Source: Microcoleus sp.
GTDB lineage: Bacteria; Cyanobacteriota; Cyanobacteriia; Cyanobacteriales; Microcoleaceae
Assembly: GCA_042408215.1 (NCBI GenBank)
Contig: JAYFMW010000003.1
Location: 288,001-352,000, forward strand
Length of the DNA stretch: 64,000 nt
Reading direction: 5' to 3'
Under the pieces are notes generated by a model. It did no database searches. It was not told the origin of the DNA and saw only the letters and a list, made by a program, of their open reading frames with translations. The position numbers and the translations under genes are program-made. Of the stretch, positions 10,871 through 21,737 are shown piece by piece. Each line of letters starts with the position of its first letter. Position 1 is the first letter of the stretch.

Positions 10871-12151
10871 ATGGGGTTATTCTGGTGGATTGCGGGGGCT
10901 GATTCCGATTTATTAGAACAATCTCATGCCGGCGATCGCATGAAATATAGCGCGATCGGGTTTTCAATTCTGTTAACTTCCTTTGCAGGTGTCTTGTCGG
11001 GTGGCTACGCCTTTTATACCACTTTTAAAGATCCTTTAGTTTCCCTCGTGTTAGGGCTATTCTGGGGATTGTTCGTTTTCAATATGGATCGCTTAATTAT
11101 CATCACGACCCATAAAGAAGAAACAATCAGTCTTCAACAAATTGGGATGGGAGCAACTCGGATTATGGTTGCTCTTTTAATAGCAGTTGTTGTGGCTAAA
11201 CCCTTAGAATTGAAAATCTTTGAAAAGCCCATTTTAGCTTACCTCGCTCAAGAGAATGCTAAAATTGCGCTAGAAATCAAAAAAGACCTGAATGAAGGAA
11301 TGCCAGAGATTGTCGAAGTAGAAGCGAAAAATCAAGGCTTGGAAAAAAGTCTCTTAGAAAAAGAGAAAAAGCGAGATTCATTGTGCAATGAATCTATTAA
11401 AGAAGCCGAAGGAATTGGCGGCACAGGCAAAGAAGGAAAAGGCCCAGTTTATGCCGAAAAACGAGCCATTTGCCTCAAGCAAGAAGAAGAATTAAAAGCC
11501 TTACGAAGCAAAATAGAACCCCAATTAGCGCAAAATCGGCAGCGTATTAGCCAACTGCAAGCCCAAAAAGACCAGCAGTTTGAGACCGTAAAAACTGCCA
11601 GAGAAAGAGCCGATGACATGATAACTCAGCTAAACGTTTTGGAGAAAATAGCCAAAAATAATCCAGCTATAGCCCATGCAAGTCACGCCATCTCTTTGCT
11701 GTTTATTGTCATAGATACGGCCCCGATATTCGCCAAATTGCTCGCCAAACGAGGCCCCTACGATGCGATGCTAGAGGAACGGGAGGAAGAAGAAAATTTG
11801 AGGGTAGAAGGAGAGCGAAAATATTTCCCAAATAAACTCGATGAGGAACAAAAACTGGAGAGAGCTTTTTACAAGGATAGCATCGAAGCAGCCTATAAGA
11901 GTCCAGAAATGGAAACAGCCAAAAATGAACTGTCTCAAAAAATTGTAGAGGGCACCCGCAAAAAATACAAGTTGGGCAGAAAAAAGCGCAGTTTCATTGA
12001 TTTCTTGTCTTCTTCTTTGGGCAATATGTTTGATTTCTTTTCAAAAAAAAAGAGCAGCAGTTTTGGACAGAAGTCCACAACAAACTCGCCACAGTCAGTC
12101 AAGAAATTCAAAATATCAAGGCCCAAAGCCTCCGGTTCCAGAGTAAAGTAA
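10871..12151 (+). CDS. DUF4407-family membrane protein with long coiled coil
   Basis: N-terminal TM helices, NMDRLI, AKPLELKIFEK, GTGKEGKGPVY, and a TM followed by DTAPIFAKLL..GPYD. Confidence 0.8.
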   Translation: MGLFWWIAGADSDLLEQSHAGDRMKYSAIGFSILLTSFAGVLSGGYAFYTTFKDPLVSLVLGLFWGLFVFNMDRLIIITTHKEETISLQQIGMGATRIMVALLIAVVVAKPLELKIFEKPILAYLAQENAKIALEIKKDLNEGMPEIVEVEAKNQGLEKSLLEKEKKRDSLCNESIKEAEGIGGTGKEGKGPVYAEKRAICLKQEEELKALRSKIEPQLAQNRQRISQLQAQKDQQFETVKTARERADDMITQLNVLEKIAKNNPAIAHASHAISLLFIVIDTAPIFAKLLAKRGPYDAMLEEREEEENLRVEGERKYFPNKLDEEQKLERAFYKDSIEAAYKSPEMETAKNELSQKIVEGTRKKYKLGRKKRSFIDFLSSSLGNMFDFFSKKKSSSFGQKSTTNSPQSVKKFKISRPKASGSRVK

Positions 12152-12371
12152 ATTCCTTTATTGCTGAAGCCACAACCAAGCTCGAAGAGTACATGAATCG
12201 TCTGTTATGACTCCAAAACCCCCGGTTTTTAATAAACCGGGGTTTTCACTTCCAAGGCTTTGCACAAAAACCGATATTTACCGACGGACAAAACATCAAT
12301 GATTCGATAGGGTATAAATATCAACTTGATCTGAGGATAAATTTGTGTCTAGTATTGAAAAAAGAAAACCG

Positions 12372-12899
12372 ATGGAGTTAGTTAAGCAACAACAAGAATT
12401 AGAAGTAGTTGCGTCCCCAATTGTGCGGATGACGGATCAAGCACAGGTAGCTATTGACTCCGTGATGGCCAAGCGCGAAGGATTCTTGCAGCGGTTTTTC
12501 CCAGATGCTGCCACTCGTGCGGTTATTCGTGGGGAATTAGCATTAATTAAAGATGAATTTGAGTTTCGCAAACGCGCCTTAGCAAAAGTGCGGGAAACCC
12601 AGATTCAATCGCTGACTGAACATTGCAACCAGTATTTAGTGCGCGAGAAAGCTGCTATTCGCAGTGAAACAGCCGCGTTTTTATTGGAAAAAAAAATGGA
12701 TCTAGAAAACAAAATTAATTCTCTCTTTGAGGAATTTATTGCCCGGATGGAAGTGCAAATGGCTCAAGCTGAATTGATTGCGAACCCCACCTTAAAACGG
12801 GTGCGTCAAAACCAATTGGAAAAGTCAGTGGAAGACTTTTTTGATCTACAATCCCGTTTAGTTGACCAATTCCAAAAGATTATTTCCGAGGGAGTGTAA
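12372..12899 (+). CDS. Hypothetical all-helical/coiled-coil protein
   Basis: ORF of about 175-184 aa; alternative GTG start at 12345 follows gagga. Confidence 0.75.
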   Translation: MELVKQQQELEVVASPIVRMTDQAQVAIDSVMAKREGFLQRFFPDAATRAVIRGELALIKDEFEFRKRALAKVRETQIQSLTEHCNQYLVREKAAIRSETAAFLLEKKMDLENKINSLFEEFIARMEVQMAQAELIANPTLKRVRQNQLEKSVEDFFDLQSRLVDQFQKIISEGV

Positions 12900-12904
12900 A
12901 TTCA

Positions 12905-13123
12905 ATGGAAGAAAAAATACGGGAGTTAGAAAATCAGCTAAAGTTCCTCAAAGAGGAATTGATTGCACAGATGGAAATGAAAATGGCTGAAGCTGAAACT
13001 CTCAAAAACCCAACCTTAAAACGGATTCGTAAAGCTCATTTGGCTAAGTCATTTCAAGATTTGGCGGATTTGCACGCACGTTTAGTTGACCAATTCCAGC
13101 GGATTATTTCTGAGGGAGTATAG
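12905..13123 (+). CDS. Small paralog of the C-terminal part of the preceding protein
   Basis: Shares NPTLKR.R...L.KS..D..DL..RLVDQFQ.IISEGV with 12345-12899. Confidence 0.75.
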   Translation: MEEKIRELENQLKFLKEELIAQMEMKMAEAETLKNPTLKRIRKAHLAKSFQDLADLHARLVDQFQRIISEGV

Positions 13124-13296
13124 ACAATATAGCCGCGATGGGTTTGGGGCGGGTTTTGTTCAATCTGGGTTGGGTGACAGAAACCAGGGTGAACCCGCCC
13201 CTACCGTCGTGTGGGTTTGGGGCGCGATCGCCAGATCGCGAATATCCTGATATAATCAAATGAAAATTAAAAACTTAAAAATTTTGTGATTATACC

Positions 13297-14151
13297 ATGA
13301 CTAAACCTACAGCAACTCTTTTAATCTCCTGTCCCGATCGCAAAGGACTTGTCGCCTTACTTGCCAATTTTATCGCCTCCCATAATGGCAATATCATCCA
13401 CGCCGATCACCACACAGATTTTACCGCCGGATTATTTCTGAGCAGGCTAGAATGGCAATTAGACGGTTTTGAATTGAAAACCGAAGAAATAACACCGGCT
13501 TTTAGTGAAATTGCCAAGGATTTACAAGCCAATTGGCAATTACATTTCTCCCATAAAATTCGACGAATCGCGCTCTGGGTAAGTCGTCAAGATCATTGTT
13601 TATTAGACTTGATTTGGCGACAACGAGCTAAAGAAATCATGGGTGAAATTCCCCTGATTATCAGTAACCATGAAAATCTCAAGCCCATAGCCGCACAATA
13701 CGGTATCGACTTTGAGTATATTCCCATTACCAAAGACACGAAAGCTATTCAAGAAGCACAACAGTTAGAACTTCTTAAGAAGTATAACATTGATTTAGTA
13801 GTTTTGGCGAAATATATGCAAATTTTGAGTCAAGACTTTATGATCAAATTTCCCCATGTGATTAATATTCACCATTCATTTTTACCCGCGTTTGTGGGTG
13901 CAAATCCCTACGAAAGGGCTTATGAAAGAGGGGTTAAAATTATTGGTGCAACAGCCCACTATGTTACACCAGATTTAGATGCTGGCCCGATTATCGAACA
14001 AGATGTTGTCCGTGTGAGTCACCGCGATGAAGTGTCGGATTTAGTTCGCAAAGGTAAAGATTTAGAAAGAGTTGTTTTAGCAAGAGCCGTGCGATATCAT
14101 TTACAAAATCGTGTTTTAGTTTATGGCAATCGCACTGTTGTTTTTGCTTGA
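13297..14151 (+). CDS. purU: Formyltetrahydrofolate deformylase
   Basis: ACT domain CPDRKGLV; INIHHSFLPAF, GATAHYVT and LDAGPIIEQ motifs. Confidence 0.96.
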   Translation: MTKPTATLLISCPDRKGLVALLANFIASHNGNIIHADHHTDFTAGLFLSRLEWQLDGFELKTEEITPAFSEIAKDLQANWQLHFSHKIRRIALWVSRQDHCLLDLIWRQRAKEIMGEIPLIISNHENLKPIAAQYGIDFEYIPITKDTKAIQEAQQLELLKKYNIDLVVLAKYMQILSQDFMIKFPHVINIHHSFLPAFVGANPYERAYERGVKIIGATAHYVTPDLDAGPIIEQDVVRVSHRDEVSDLVRKGKDLERVVLARAVRYHLQNRVLVYGNRTVVFA

Positions 14152-14410
14152 CAATTAAGTCTCATACCAAATCCTGGTTTGTTACCCATTTTATCGCTCG
14201 GCGATTGAAATCGCTACACAAACGAAGTCCGCGCGGACTGAATAAAAGACGGATGATCAAAGCGGATTTGGTATAGCAACCCTAAATCATTTGCGTAATT
14301 ATTGTAGGGGCAATCCCCCCGTGGTTGCCCCGATAGATAGGGGGTAGGCACTCTTGGCACTACCCCTACAAATTTATCTGAATGATTTAGGATTGCTATA
14401 TGACTAATTA

Positions 14411-15046
14411 CTAATTGCTAAAAGGTGGTAGCTGAAGTAACTGGTTTTTAGCAGGTGGAAGTTGGGCGGGATTTCTGCCAGTTTGAGCGGGAGTTTGGCG
14501 GATTTCGATCGCACTTTCGCCTGGATTTTCCGTGGTAGTAGGTACTATCTCTAAAGAATATACTGTCTCGGTTCTTACAGAGGCAGGATTTTGTGCTTTT
14601 GTGAGCAAGTCAATGGCATCTCCGAGAGCGGTAGTTAAATTTTTGCTAGTTTCGGCGTGGCGGGCTTGTTCTTGCTGGAGGGCTTGAGTGAGTTGTTTGA
14701 TTTGTTCGATCGCCCGATCGCGCTCTGAGAGTACCATAACTAATTTAGCTTTAAGTTCGCCAACTGTTCGCTGTTTTTCAACTTCCTGCTGGCGAGCAAT
14801 TCCAGCTTCGTCGCCTTCAGAGACAATGGGGGAGAAAGTTTGGAGTTGCTGTATTTGTGCTTCCAAATTGGCGATCGTTTGCTGACTTAATTTAACATCA
14901 TTCCGCCGCTGTTCTGATTCGGTATTATAGAGTTGTCGCCACTGAGCCGCACTTTCACTAGCCTCATCTCGATCGCGCGATGCTTCTGTTAACTGCTGTT
15001 GCAGTCGCTTAATTTCATCTAACCACTGTCTGACATCCTGAGTCAT
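14411..15046 (-). CDS. Coiled-coil hypothetical protein
   Basis: 211 aa ATG-started ORF with heptad pattern. Confidence 0.75.
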   Translation of the reverse strand: MTQDVRQWLDEIKRLQQQLTEASRDRDEASESAAQWRQLYNTESEQRRNDVKLSQQTIANLEAQIQQLQTFSPIVSEGDEAGIARQQEVEKQRTVGELKAKLVMVLSERDRAIEQIKQLTQALQQEQARHAETSKNLTTALGDAIDLLTKAQNPASVRTETVYSLEIVPTTTENPGESAIEIRQTPAQTGRNPAQLPPAKNQLLQLPPFSN

Positions 15047-15148
15047 AATATTGATTTTAGATTTTAGATTTTAGATTGGTCATTAGTCATTAGTCATTAG
15101 TCATTGGTTATTAGTCATTGGAAATTGGGAATTAGGAATTTGTGCGTT

Positions 15149-16165
15149 ATGAACATTTTTTACTGGCTGCGCTACCTGATTTTAGCTTTGTTTAGGGTGG
15201 TTGTGAGGCTGCTGAGAGCGATCGAAAAGAAATTTGGTCACTTTTGGCTTTTTTGTCGGTGTTTGACTTGGCGCACGCTTAAGGAAGTATGCGTGAAGGC
15301 AGGAGAGCAGCGGTTGCCGGGACTGTCGGCGGAAATGGCCTACAATTCTATGCTGGCGCTGTTTCCGGGGCTGTTGGCTGTGTTATCGGCGATCGGGCTA
15401 TTTGAATCTTTGCAATCAACACTTTATCAAATCGCCGGTCTTTTAGGCGAAGTCATACCCGATGAAGTCCGAAAATTGATTCGCAGTTCCCTCGAAGAAA
15501 TCCTTTTATATCGCAACCAAGAACTATTTTCTCTGAGTTTTGTAGCATCCTTGTGGGCATTTTCTGGAGTAATGAGCGCGGCAATGGCTGCACTCGATCG
15601 CATCCATGAAATCTCCCCCGATCGAACTCGGTCTTTTTTGAAAGCAAAACTTATTGCTTTGGCGCTAAGTATCGGCACAATCATACTATTAATTATAGCA
15701 TCTGGAGCAGTATTTGTCAGCGACTTAATTGTACAAGCTATTGCCCGCCAGAGTTGTCTGCTGGAGTCCGTTGCTAATTGCAATTTAAAAGAGTTTAAAA
15801 GTTGCCTGCTCCCCGCCGCAAGTTGCCCTTTAGAGTCTGAACTTTTAGCTATTTGGGGGCTGTGGCGCTGGCCGAGTTCTTTGGGAATTGTATCAGTTGC
15901 CTTTGCCTTTGTTTACCGCTACGGGCCCAGCCGACACCAACGAGACATTCCGATTTTTTCCGGCGCTGTTTTTGCAGCTATTTTGTGGGCGTTGATTTCA
16001 GCTTTGTTTCGGTTTTATGTTTTGCATTTGGGCAATTACAGTTGGACTTACGGGACGATAGGCACTTTTATTGTTTTGCTGTTGTGGCTCTATCTTTGTT
16101 CTTTGGTGATGCTGATTGGCGCTCAGTTGAATGTGACAGTTGGGAAAGCAATGAAACTCAAATAA
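15149..16165 (+). CDS. YihY/virulence factor BrkB family membrane protein
   Basis: SAEMAYNSMLALFP, YRYGP and TYGTIGTFIVLLLWLY motifs. Confidence 0.9.
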   Translation: MNIFYWLRYLILALFRVVVRLLRAIEKKFGHFWLFCRCLTWRTLKEVCVKAGEQRLPGLSAEMAYNSMLALFPGLLAVLSAIGLFESLQSTLYQIAGLLGEVIPDEVRKLIRSSLEEILLYRNQELFSLSFVASLWAFSGVMSAAMAALDRIHEISPDRTRSFLKAKLIALALSIGTIILLIIASGAVFVSDLIVQAIARQSCLLESVANCNLKEFKSCLLPAASCPLESELLAIWGLWRWPSSLGIVSVAFAFVYRYGPSRHQRDIPIFSGAVFAAILWALISALFRFYVLHLGNYSWTYGTIGTFIVLLLWLYLCSLVMLIGAQLNVTVGKAMKLK

Positions 16166-16169
16166 TGGG

Positions 16170-16310
16170 CATTAGGAATTGGGAATTGGGAATTGGGCAT
16201 TGGGCATTGGGCATTGGGCATTGGTTATTATTTGTTATTTGCTCCCTCTTTCCTCTTCCTTCTTCCTGACATCTGTTACATCTATTACATCCGTTACATC
16301 CGTTACATAA
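16170..16310. repeat. Heptamer (ttgggca/ttgggaa) and 9-mer (catccgtta) tandem repeats
   Basis: Directly visible. Confidence 0.85.
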
Positions 16311-16354
16311 TCCGTTGCCGAACTTCCTTCTTTTATTAATTTCCCGATAGCCGC

Positions 16355-16543
16355 TCACCTACGCAGTAAAGTGCTGAGGATACCCGCAACAAAAGAAAGC
16401 AAAATCAGTATCCAAATAACAGCACCGGGAAGGAATGTCAAGAGGCCAACACCTCTCAGAATCCAAACTAGCAAGGTTATACCTAGGATAGTGAAAAAGA
16501 TGCCGGTTGATAGTCGCATTTGAAATTTAGGAGAATTAGTCAT
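16355..16543 (-). CDS. Small two-TM membrane protein
   Basis: VWILRGVGLLTFLPGAVIWILILLS; the start may instead be ATG 16519. Confidence 0.7.
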   Translation of the reverse strand: MTNSPKFQMRLSTGIFFTILGITLLVWILRGVGLLTFLPGAVIWILILLSFVAGILSTLLRR

Positions 16544-17204
16544 GTTGAATGTCAAAATTTTGTCTGGATCAATGATAGCTGTTTTGTTGGCGATCGGCTC
16601 TTATCTGGGAGCAATTTCGACTCCCGGTGTCGCTGTCGCCCGTGGGGGTACGAATCCGCTACCAGAAGCGGCAAATGCAGCTCAAAAAACACCCTCTGCA
16701 AGTTTAACAATTTCCGATCGCACAATTGGAGCAGCTCAGGCGGGGATGACTTTCGGACAACTGAAAAAGGCTCTGGGTTCCACGGCGCAGTTTAAGGTCG
16801 AATCTCCTTTTATGGTAGACTTTGATGCTGTGGCTGTCAGCCAGTCGGGAAAAGTGCAATATCGGATTATTTATGCTGCGGGTACAAAGCTTAAAGATGG
16901 CGATGTCATTGAACTTTTAAGGACTGACAATGCCAATTATAAAACAGTTGAGGGTGTCGGGCCGGGAATGACTCTGAAACAAGCAGAGGCAATTTACGGC
17001 AAAGCTACTTTATCTTATAATGTGGATAATGAAATGAGAGAAAATGTAGTTTTTGCCAAGCAACCCACTAAAAAGATTATGTTTGTTCCCAAGGCTGAAG
17101 GGAAGCAATTTGCGGGAGTTTATGGCGCTGGTAAAGGGGGTTTTTATCAGACTAATAAGTATCAGCCGAATGCTGTGATTAAGTCTGTGATGGTGCGGAA
17201 GTGA
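16542..17204 (+). CDS. Secreted hypothetical protein
   Basis: Signal-peptide-like N-terminus; two internal G.GPGMTL-like repeats. Confidence 0.75.
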   Translation: MLNVKILSGSMIAVLLAIGSYLGAISTPGVAVARGGTNPLPEAANAAQKTPSASLTISDRTIGAAQAGMTFGQLKKALGSTAQFKVESPFMVDFDAVAVSQSGKVQYRIIYAAGTKLKDGDVIELLRTDNANYKTVEGVGPGMTLKQAEAIYGKATLSYNVDNEMRENVVFAKQPTKKIMFVPKAEGKQFAGVYGAGKGGFYQTNKYQPNAVIKSVMVRK

Positions 17205-17305
17205 ATTAGCAGCCGGAATGATATAGAGGACACGGCAGTGCCGTTTCCCTACCTTCATTAATCGTAGGGACACGGCACTGCCGTTTCCTGATTTCTTATC
17301 TCAAA

Positions 17306-19921
17306 CTATTTAACAGTCACCAACTGGGCAGGCAGCCTTTTAAACGCCAACCTTTCATTCTCGATATCCACAAAAATCGTATCCCCATCCACAAAATCTC
17401 CCCGCAAAATACCCTTCGCCATTTGCGTTTCCAACTCCCGTTGAATTCCCCGCTTCAAAGGCCGCGCACCATACACCGGATCGTACCCTATTTCTGCTAA
17501 GAAATCAAGCGCAGATTCCGACAATTTCAGAGACATTTTGCGTTCCGCCAAACGTTTTTCCAGACGCTTAACTTGCAACAGCACAATCTGCCGCAATTCG
17601 CTCTTAGTCAAACTTTTGAAAATAATCATCTCATCAATCCGGTTCAAGAATTCCGGGCGGAAAGTAGCCCGCATCGCCTCCATCACCCGACTCCGCATTT
17701 GTTCCTCATCTCCCGCCACATCTAAAATGTATTGAGAGCCGACATTCGATGTCATAATAATCACAGAATTCTTAAAGTCTACTGTGTGACCTTGGGCGTC
17801 GGTAACGCGGCCATCGTCGAGAATTTGCAGCATAATATTGAAGACATCCGGGTGCGCTTTCTCGATTTCATCGAATAGAATCACCGAGTAAGGACGGCGA
17901 CGCACAGCCTCAGTTAACTGTCCACCTTCATCGTAGCCGACGTATCCAGGAGGCGCACCAATTAACCGCGAAACTGCGTGTTTTTCCATGTATTCCGACA
18001 TATCAATTCGCACGATCGCCTCTTCGGTATCAAACAGATAAGACGCTAATGCTTTGGCTAATTCGGTTTTGCCCACACCCGTCGGGCCGAGGAATATAAA
18101 ACTAGCAACCGGACGGTTTGGATCGGCTAAACCTGCGCGCGATCGCACAATTGCATCTGCAACCGCCGTCACCGCTTCATCCTGTCCAATTACCCGCTTG
18201 TGCAGTTCATCTTCCAAGTGCAAAAGTTTCTGCATTTCCGATGCAACTAACTTGCTAATCGGAATTCCCGTCCACTTAGAAATAATCTCGGCAATGTCAG
18301 CTTCGGTGACTTCTTCCCGCAGCAAACTTTTACCGGTAATTTGACTTTCCGACAGTTGAGATTCAGCTTCGTGCAGTTGTTTTTGCAACTGGGTTAACGT
18401 GCCGTATTTCAACTCAGCAGCGCGGTTTAGGTCGTATTTCAACTCAGCTTGTTGAATTTCAATGTTAACCTTGTCAATCTGTTCTTTAATCTTTTGAATG
18501 CTGTCAATGACACCTTTTTCCGATTGCCACTGAGCGTTCAAACCGCTTTGAGTTTCCTTGAGGTTGGCTAAGTCTTTTTCCAATTTTTCCAAACGGTCGA
18601 TCGATGCAGCATTGCTTTCTTTTTGCAGCGACAGTCTTTCCATTTCTAGCTGCAAAATTTTGCGATCGATTTCGTCTAATTCTTCCGGCTTGGAGGTAAT
18701 CTCCATTTTGAGTTTAGCCGCCGCTTCGTCCATTAAATCAATGGCTTTGTCCGGCAAAAAGCGATCGCTAATATATCGAGTAGACAAAGTAGCCGCCGCC
18801 ACTAGGGCGCTGTCGGAGATTTTTACGCCGTGATGCACTTCGTACCGTTCTTTCAAACCCCGCAGAATTGAGATAGTATCTTCAACAGTTGGTTGGTCAA
18901 CATAAACTTGTTGAAAACGGCGTTCTAGTGCTGCATCTTTTTCCAGATACTTGCGGTATTCATCGAGAGTTGTAGCACCAATACAGCGCAATTCTCCCCT
19001 CGCTAACATCGGTTTTAGCAAGTTGCCGGCATCCATCGAGCCTTGAGTTGCACCCGCACCGACAACGGTGTGAATTTCATCAATAAATAAGATGACTTTC
19101 CCGTTACTATCCATAACTTCTTTGAGCACCGCTTTCAAGCGTTCTTCAAATTCTCCCCGGAATTTTGCACCGGCAATTAATGCACCCATATCTAAGCTAA
19201 TTAATTGTCGGTCTTTGAGAGATTGCGGCACATCTCCGGTGATAATTCGTTGGGCTAGTCCTTCGGCGATCGCAGTTTTACCTACTCCCGGTTCCCCAAT
19301 CAATACGGGGTTATTTTTGGTGCGACGGCTCAAAATTTGAATCGTGCGGCGGATTTCGTCATCCCGTCCGATTACCGGATCGAGTTTACCTTGACGCGCT
19401 GCTTCTGTCAAATCTCTGCCGTATTTTTCCAGCGCTTCGTATTTACCTTCTGGATTTTGATCGGTCACTTTGTTCTTCCCCCGGACTTGGGTAATTAGAT
19501 CTTTGAGCTTGGCTTCATCTAGTTTAAATTCTTGCAACAGATTTTTGCCAAAGCGATCGTCCTTAATGTATCCTAATATCAGATGTTCGATCGAAATAAA
19601 TTCATCGCCATAGTCTTTCCGATAAATTTCGGCGCGATCGAGCAAAGTGTCAAGAGAACGACCGAGATAAACATTGTTCCCGCTTCCAGAGATTTTCGGC
19701 TGGCGGCTGATGAATTCGTCTGTGCGATCGCGCAATTTAGCTAATGGTACGCCTGCTTTGTTAAATAAGCTGCTAGCAAGTCCCGATTCTTGTTCCAGCA
19801 AAGCTTTCATCAAGTGTTCGCTTTCTAGCTGCTGCTGCTGGGCTGCTTTGACGAGTTCGGGGGTGCGGGCTAGGGCTTCCCAGGCTTTTTCGGTAAATTG
19901 GTTGGGATTATTCGGTTGCAT
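17306..19921 (-). CDS. clpB: ATP-dependent chaperone ClpB
   Basis: Two AAA domains ([16 protein letters not shown]) and a long coiled-coil middle domain. Start MQPNNP. Confidence 0.97.
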   Translation of the reverse strand: MQPNNPNQFTEKAWEALARTPELVKAAQQQQLESEHLMKALLEQESGLASSLFNKAGVPLAKLRDRTDEFISRQPKISGSGNNVYLGRSLDTLLDRAEIYRKDYGDEFISIEHLILGYIKDDRFGKNLLQEFKLDEAKLKDLITQVRGKNKVTDQNPEGKYEALEKYGRDLTEAARQGKLDPVIGRDDEIRRTIQILSRRTKNNPVLIGEPGVGKTAIAEGLAQRIITGDVPQSLKDRQLISLDMGALIAGAKFRGEFEERLKAVLKEVMDSNGKVILFIDEIHTVVGAGATQGSMDAGNLLKPMLARGELRCIGATTLDEYRKYLEKDAALERRFQQVYVDQPTVEDTISILRGLKERYEVHHGVKISDSALVAAATLSTRYISDRFLPDKAIDLMDEAAAKLKMEITSKPEELDEIDRKILQLEMERLSLQKESNAASIDRLEKLEKDLANLKETQSGLNAQWQSEKGVIDSIQKIKEQIDKVNIEIQQAELKYDLNRAAELKYGTLTQLQKQLHEAESQLSESQITGKSLLREEVTEADIAEIISKWTGIPISKLVASEMQKLLHLEDELHKRVIGQDEAVTAVADAIVRSRAGLADPNRPVASFIFLGPTGVGKTELAKALASYLFDTEEAIVRIDMSEYMEKHAVSRLIGAPPGYVGYDEGGQLTEAVRRRPYSVILFDEIEKAHPDVFNIMLQILDDGRVTDAQGHTVDFKNSVIIMTSNVGSQYILDVAGDEEQMRSRVMEAMRATFRPEFLNRIDEMIIFKSLTKSELRQIVLLQVKRLEKRLAERKMSLKLSESALDFLAEIGYDPVYGARPLKRGIQRELETQMAKGILRGDFVDGDTIFVDIENERLAFKRLPAQLVTVK

Positions 19922-20295
19922 AAATTTTAATCTCCTGAATTGAAAGCGATCGATATTGTAGAGGCAAATGATTGATTGCCGGTACAATTATCATTGTAGA
20001 GAATTAATGGCGGGCGATCGGATCGGTGTTCCCCTATCTTTAGATAGATATTTCCGTCCTTTGTCGCAGTCTCTCGCAGCCAAAAGCGCCTAAAAGTGCG
20101 ATCGACCCTCAAGCTGCTAATTACTGCTAATTACTAAGAAAATTGGTAGAATGGCAAAAGTAATGTTAGGAAAAAAACTGTAAATAGAGTGTGGTAATGT
20201 GCCTTGTAATTAATTATAATAGTCCGCAGCGCGTCATCGGAGCGCTGAACAGCCAAAATTTGATATGATATTATTCAAATATTTATTATAGATCC

Positions 20296-20970
20296 ATGTC
20301 CGAATCCCGAACACTTGAGTCAGCCGTAGAATTTGCCGAAAATTCAGAGCCGCGCTGTCCATGTATCCTGTTGCTAGACGTTTCCTACTCTATGTCCGGC
20401 GCACCCATTAATGCCTTAAATGAGGGATTACGCATCTTCAGAGACGGGCTGAATCAAGATGGATTAACCAAGAAGCGCGTTGAAATAGCTATTGTTACCT
20501 TTGGTAGTAAAGTAAAGGTGGTTCAGGAATTTGTGACTGTCGATCGGTTTTGGCCACAGACAATAAAAGTGGGAGGAGCAACCTACATGGGAGCTGGAAT
20601 TGACAAAGCTTTAGACATTCTTCAAGCCCGAAAAGCCCTATATAACGCGAATGCAATCAGTTATTATCGCCCTTGGGTATTTATGATTACAGATGGTGAA
20701 CCCACTGACAATGATCTTGTTGTCGATCGCGCAGCCCAACGGATTCGGGATGAGGAAGCTAGAAAAAAAGTTGCTTTCTTTGCTGTGGGTGTAGAAGGGG
20801 TTAACATGACCCGCCTCAGTCAAATTGTCGTCCGCACACCTGTGAAGTTAAAAGGGCTGAAATTTCGGGAGATGTTCCTATGGCTGTCAGCTAGTATGGA
20901 TAGAGTATCTCATTCTAAATTAGATGAACAAGTCCCCCTGAAATCGCCCGCCGGATGGGGTTCTGTTTGA
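20296..20970 (+). CDS. TerY/YegL-type vWA domain protein, copy 1
   Basis: EPRCPCILLLDVSYSM (MIDAS DxSxS), YYRPWVFMITDGEPTD, F.WLSASM. Confidence 0.9.
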   Translation: MSESRTLESAVEFAENSEPRCPCILLLDVSYSMSGAPINALNEGLRIFRDGLNQDGLTKKRVEIAIVTFGSKVKVVQEFVTVDRFWPQTIKVGGATYMGAGIDKALDILQARKALYNANAISYYRPWVFMITDGEPTDNDLVVDRAAQRIRDEEARKKVAFFAVGVEGVNMTRLSQIVVRTPVKLKGLKFREMFLWLSASMDRVSHSKLDEQVPLKSPAGWGSV

Positions 20971-21025
20971 TGAATTACCAAGTTGAGTTTAAGCCGAAAG
21001 GGAGCAAAGATTTAGAATCTTTGCA
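20970..21025 (+). pseudogene. RelE/ParE toxin N-terminal relic truncated by a MITE
   Basis: MNYQVEFKPKGSKDLESL, followed by a palindromic element at 21025-21125. Confidence 0.55.
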
Positions 21026-21137
21026 TGGGAGCTCAGCCACCGGTTTTTTTACGAAAATACTTCCTTAGAGCATCGCAGACTCGGTAAAAACCCGGTTTCT
21101 AGGAGTCGGAGTGCGTCCAAGACTGGAGGAAATATCA

Positions 21138-21335
21138 ATGATTCCGTTACATCCTGAGTTTATTACCAAAAACGGCAAAAAAGAATTTGTAGTGATACCT
21201 TAAAAAGAATTTGCAGCACTGCAATAATTAATTGCCGATCGGGAAGATTTAATGGATTTGAGGGCGGCAAAAAAGGAAGATGCAAATCTGTATTCAGTGC
21301 CGTTAGTAGAGGTGAAAAGAATCTTAGGATTATAG
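21138..21335 (+). pseudogene. Antitoxin copy 1 with in-frame stops
   Basis: Paralog of 22661-22858 with TAA at codons that read TAC and GCA in copy 2. Confidence 0.8.
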
Positions 21336-21410
21336 AGGGTTGTGGTGGGGATTAGTATGCAATTTAACCGTCAATCTAACAGAATCCGTTGCCGAACTTC
21401 CTGACCTCCG

Positions 21411-21593
21411 TTATACCAATTTTTTATGAGGCTGCATAGAATCTGATCCCCCCCTAACCAAGGGCGGGCACGGGGGCACCGCCCCTACATTCGGGGGGGG
21501 ACAGGAGTCTTATCAAAGTCACCCCCTACTCCCCTTCTTAAGGGGGATTTAGGGGGATCGAGATATGTGCAACGACCCATTAAATTGGTATAA
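21411..21593. mobile_element. MITE of about 180 bp with terminal inverted repeats
   Basis: ttataccaattt ... aaattggtataa; a reverse-complement relative is at 41851-42019. Confidence 0.8.
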
Positions 21594-21737
21594 GGGCAAA
21601 AGTAATGTTAGGAAAAAAACTGTAAATAGAGTGTGGTAATGTGCCTTGTAATTAATTATAATAGTCCGCAGCGCGTCATCGGAGCGCTGAACAGCCAAAA
21701 TATGGTATGATATTATTCAAATATTTATCCTACAACC

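Larger units (their letters stand above)
20140..21380 (+). repeat. Copy 1 of a tandem duplication with about 1.44 kb period (promoter, vWA gene, relE relic, antitoxin, kinase start)
   Basis: ggcaaaagtaatgttaggaaaaaaactg... at 20153 and 21595; similarity runs to the kinase ATG (21357 vs 22881). Confidence 0.9.
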
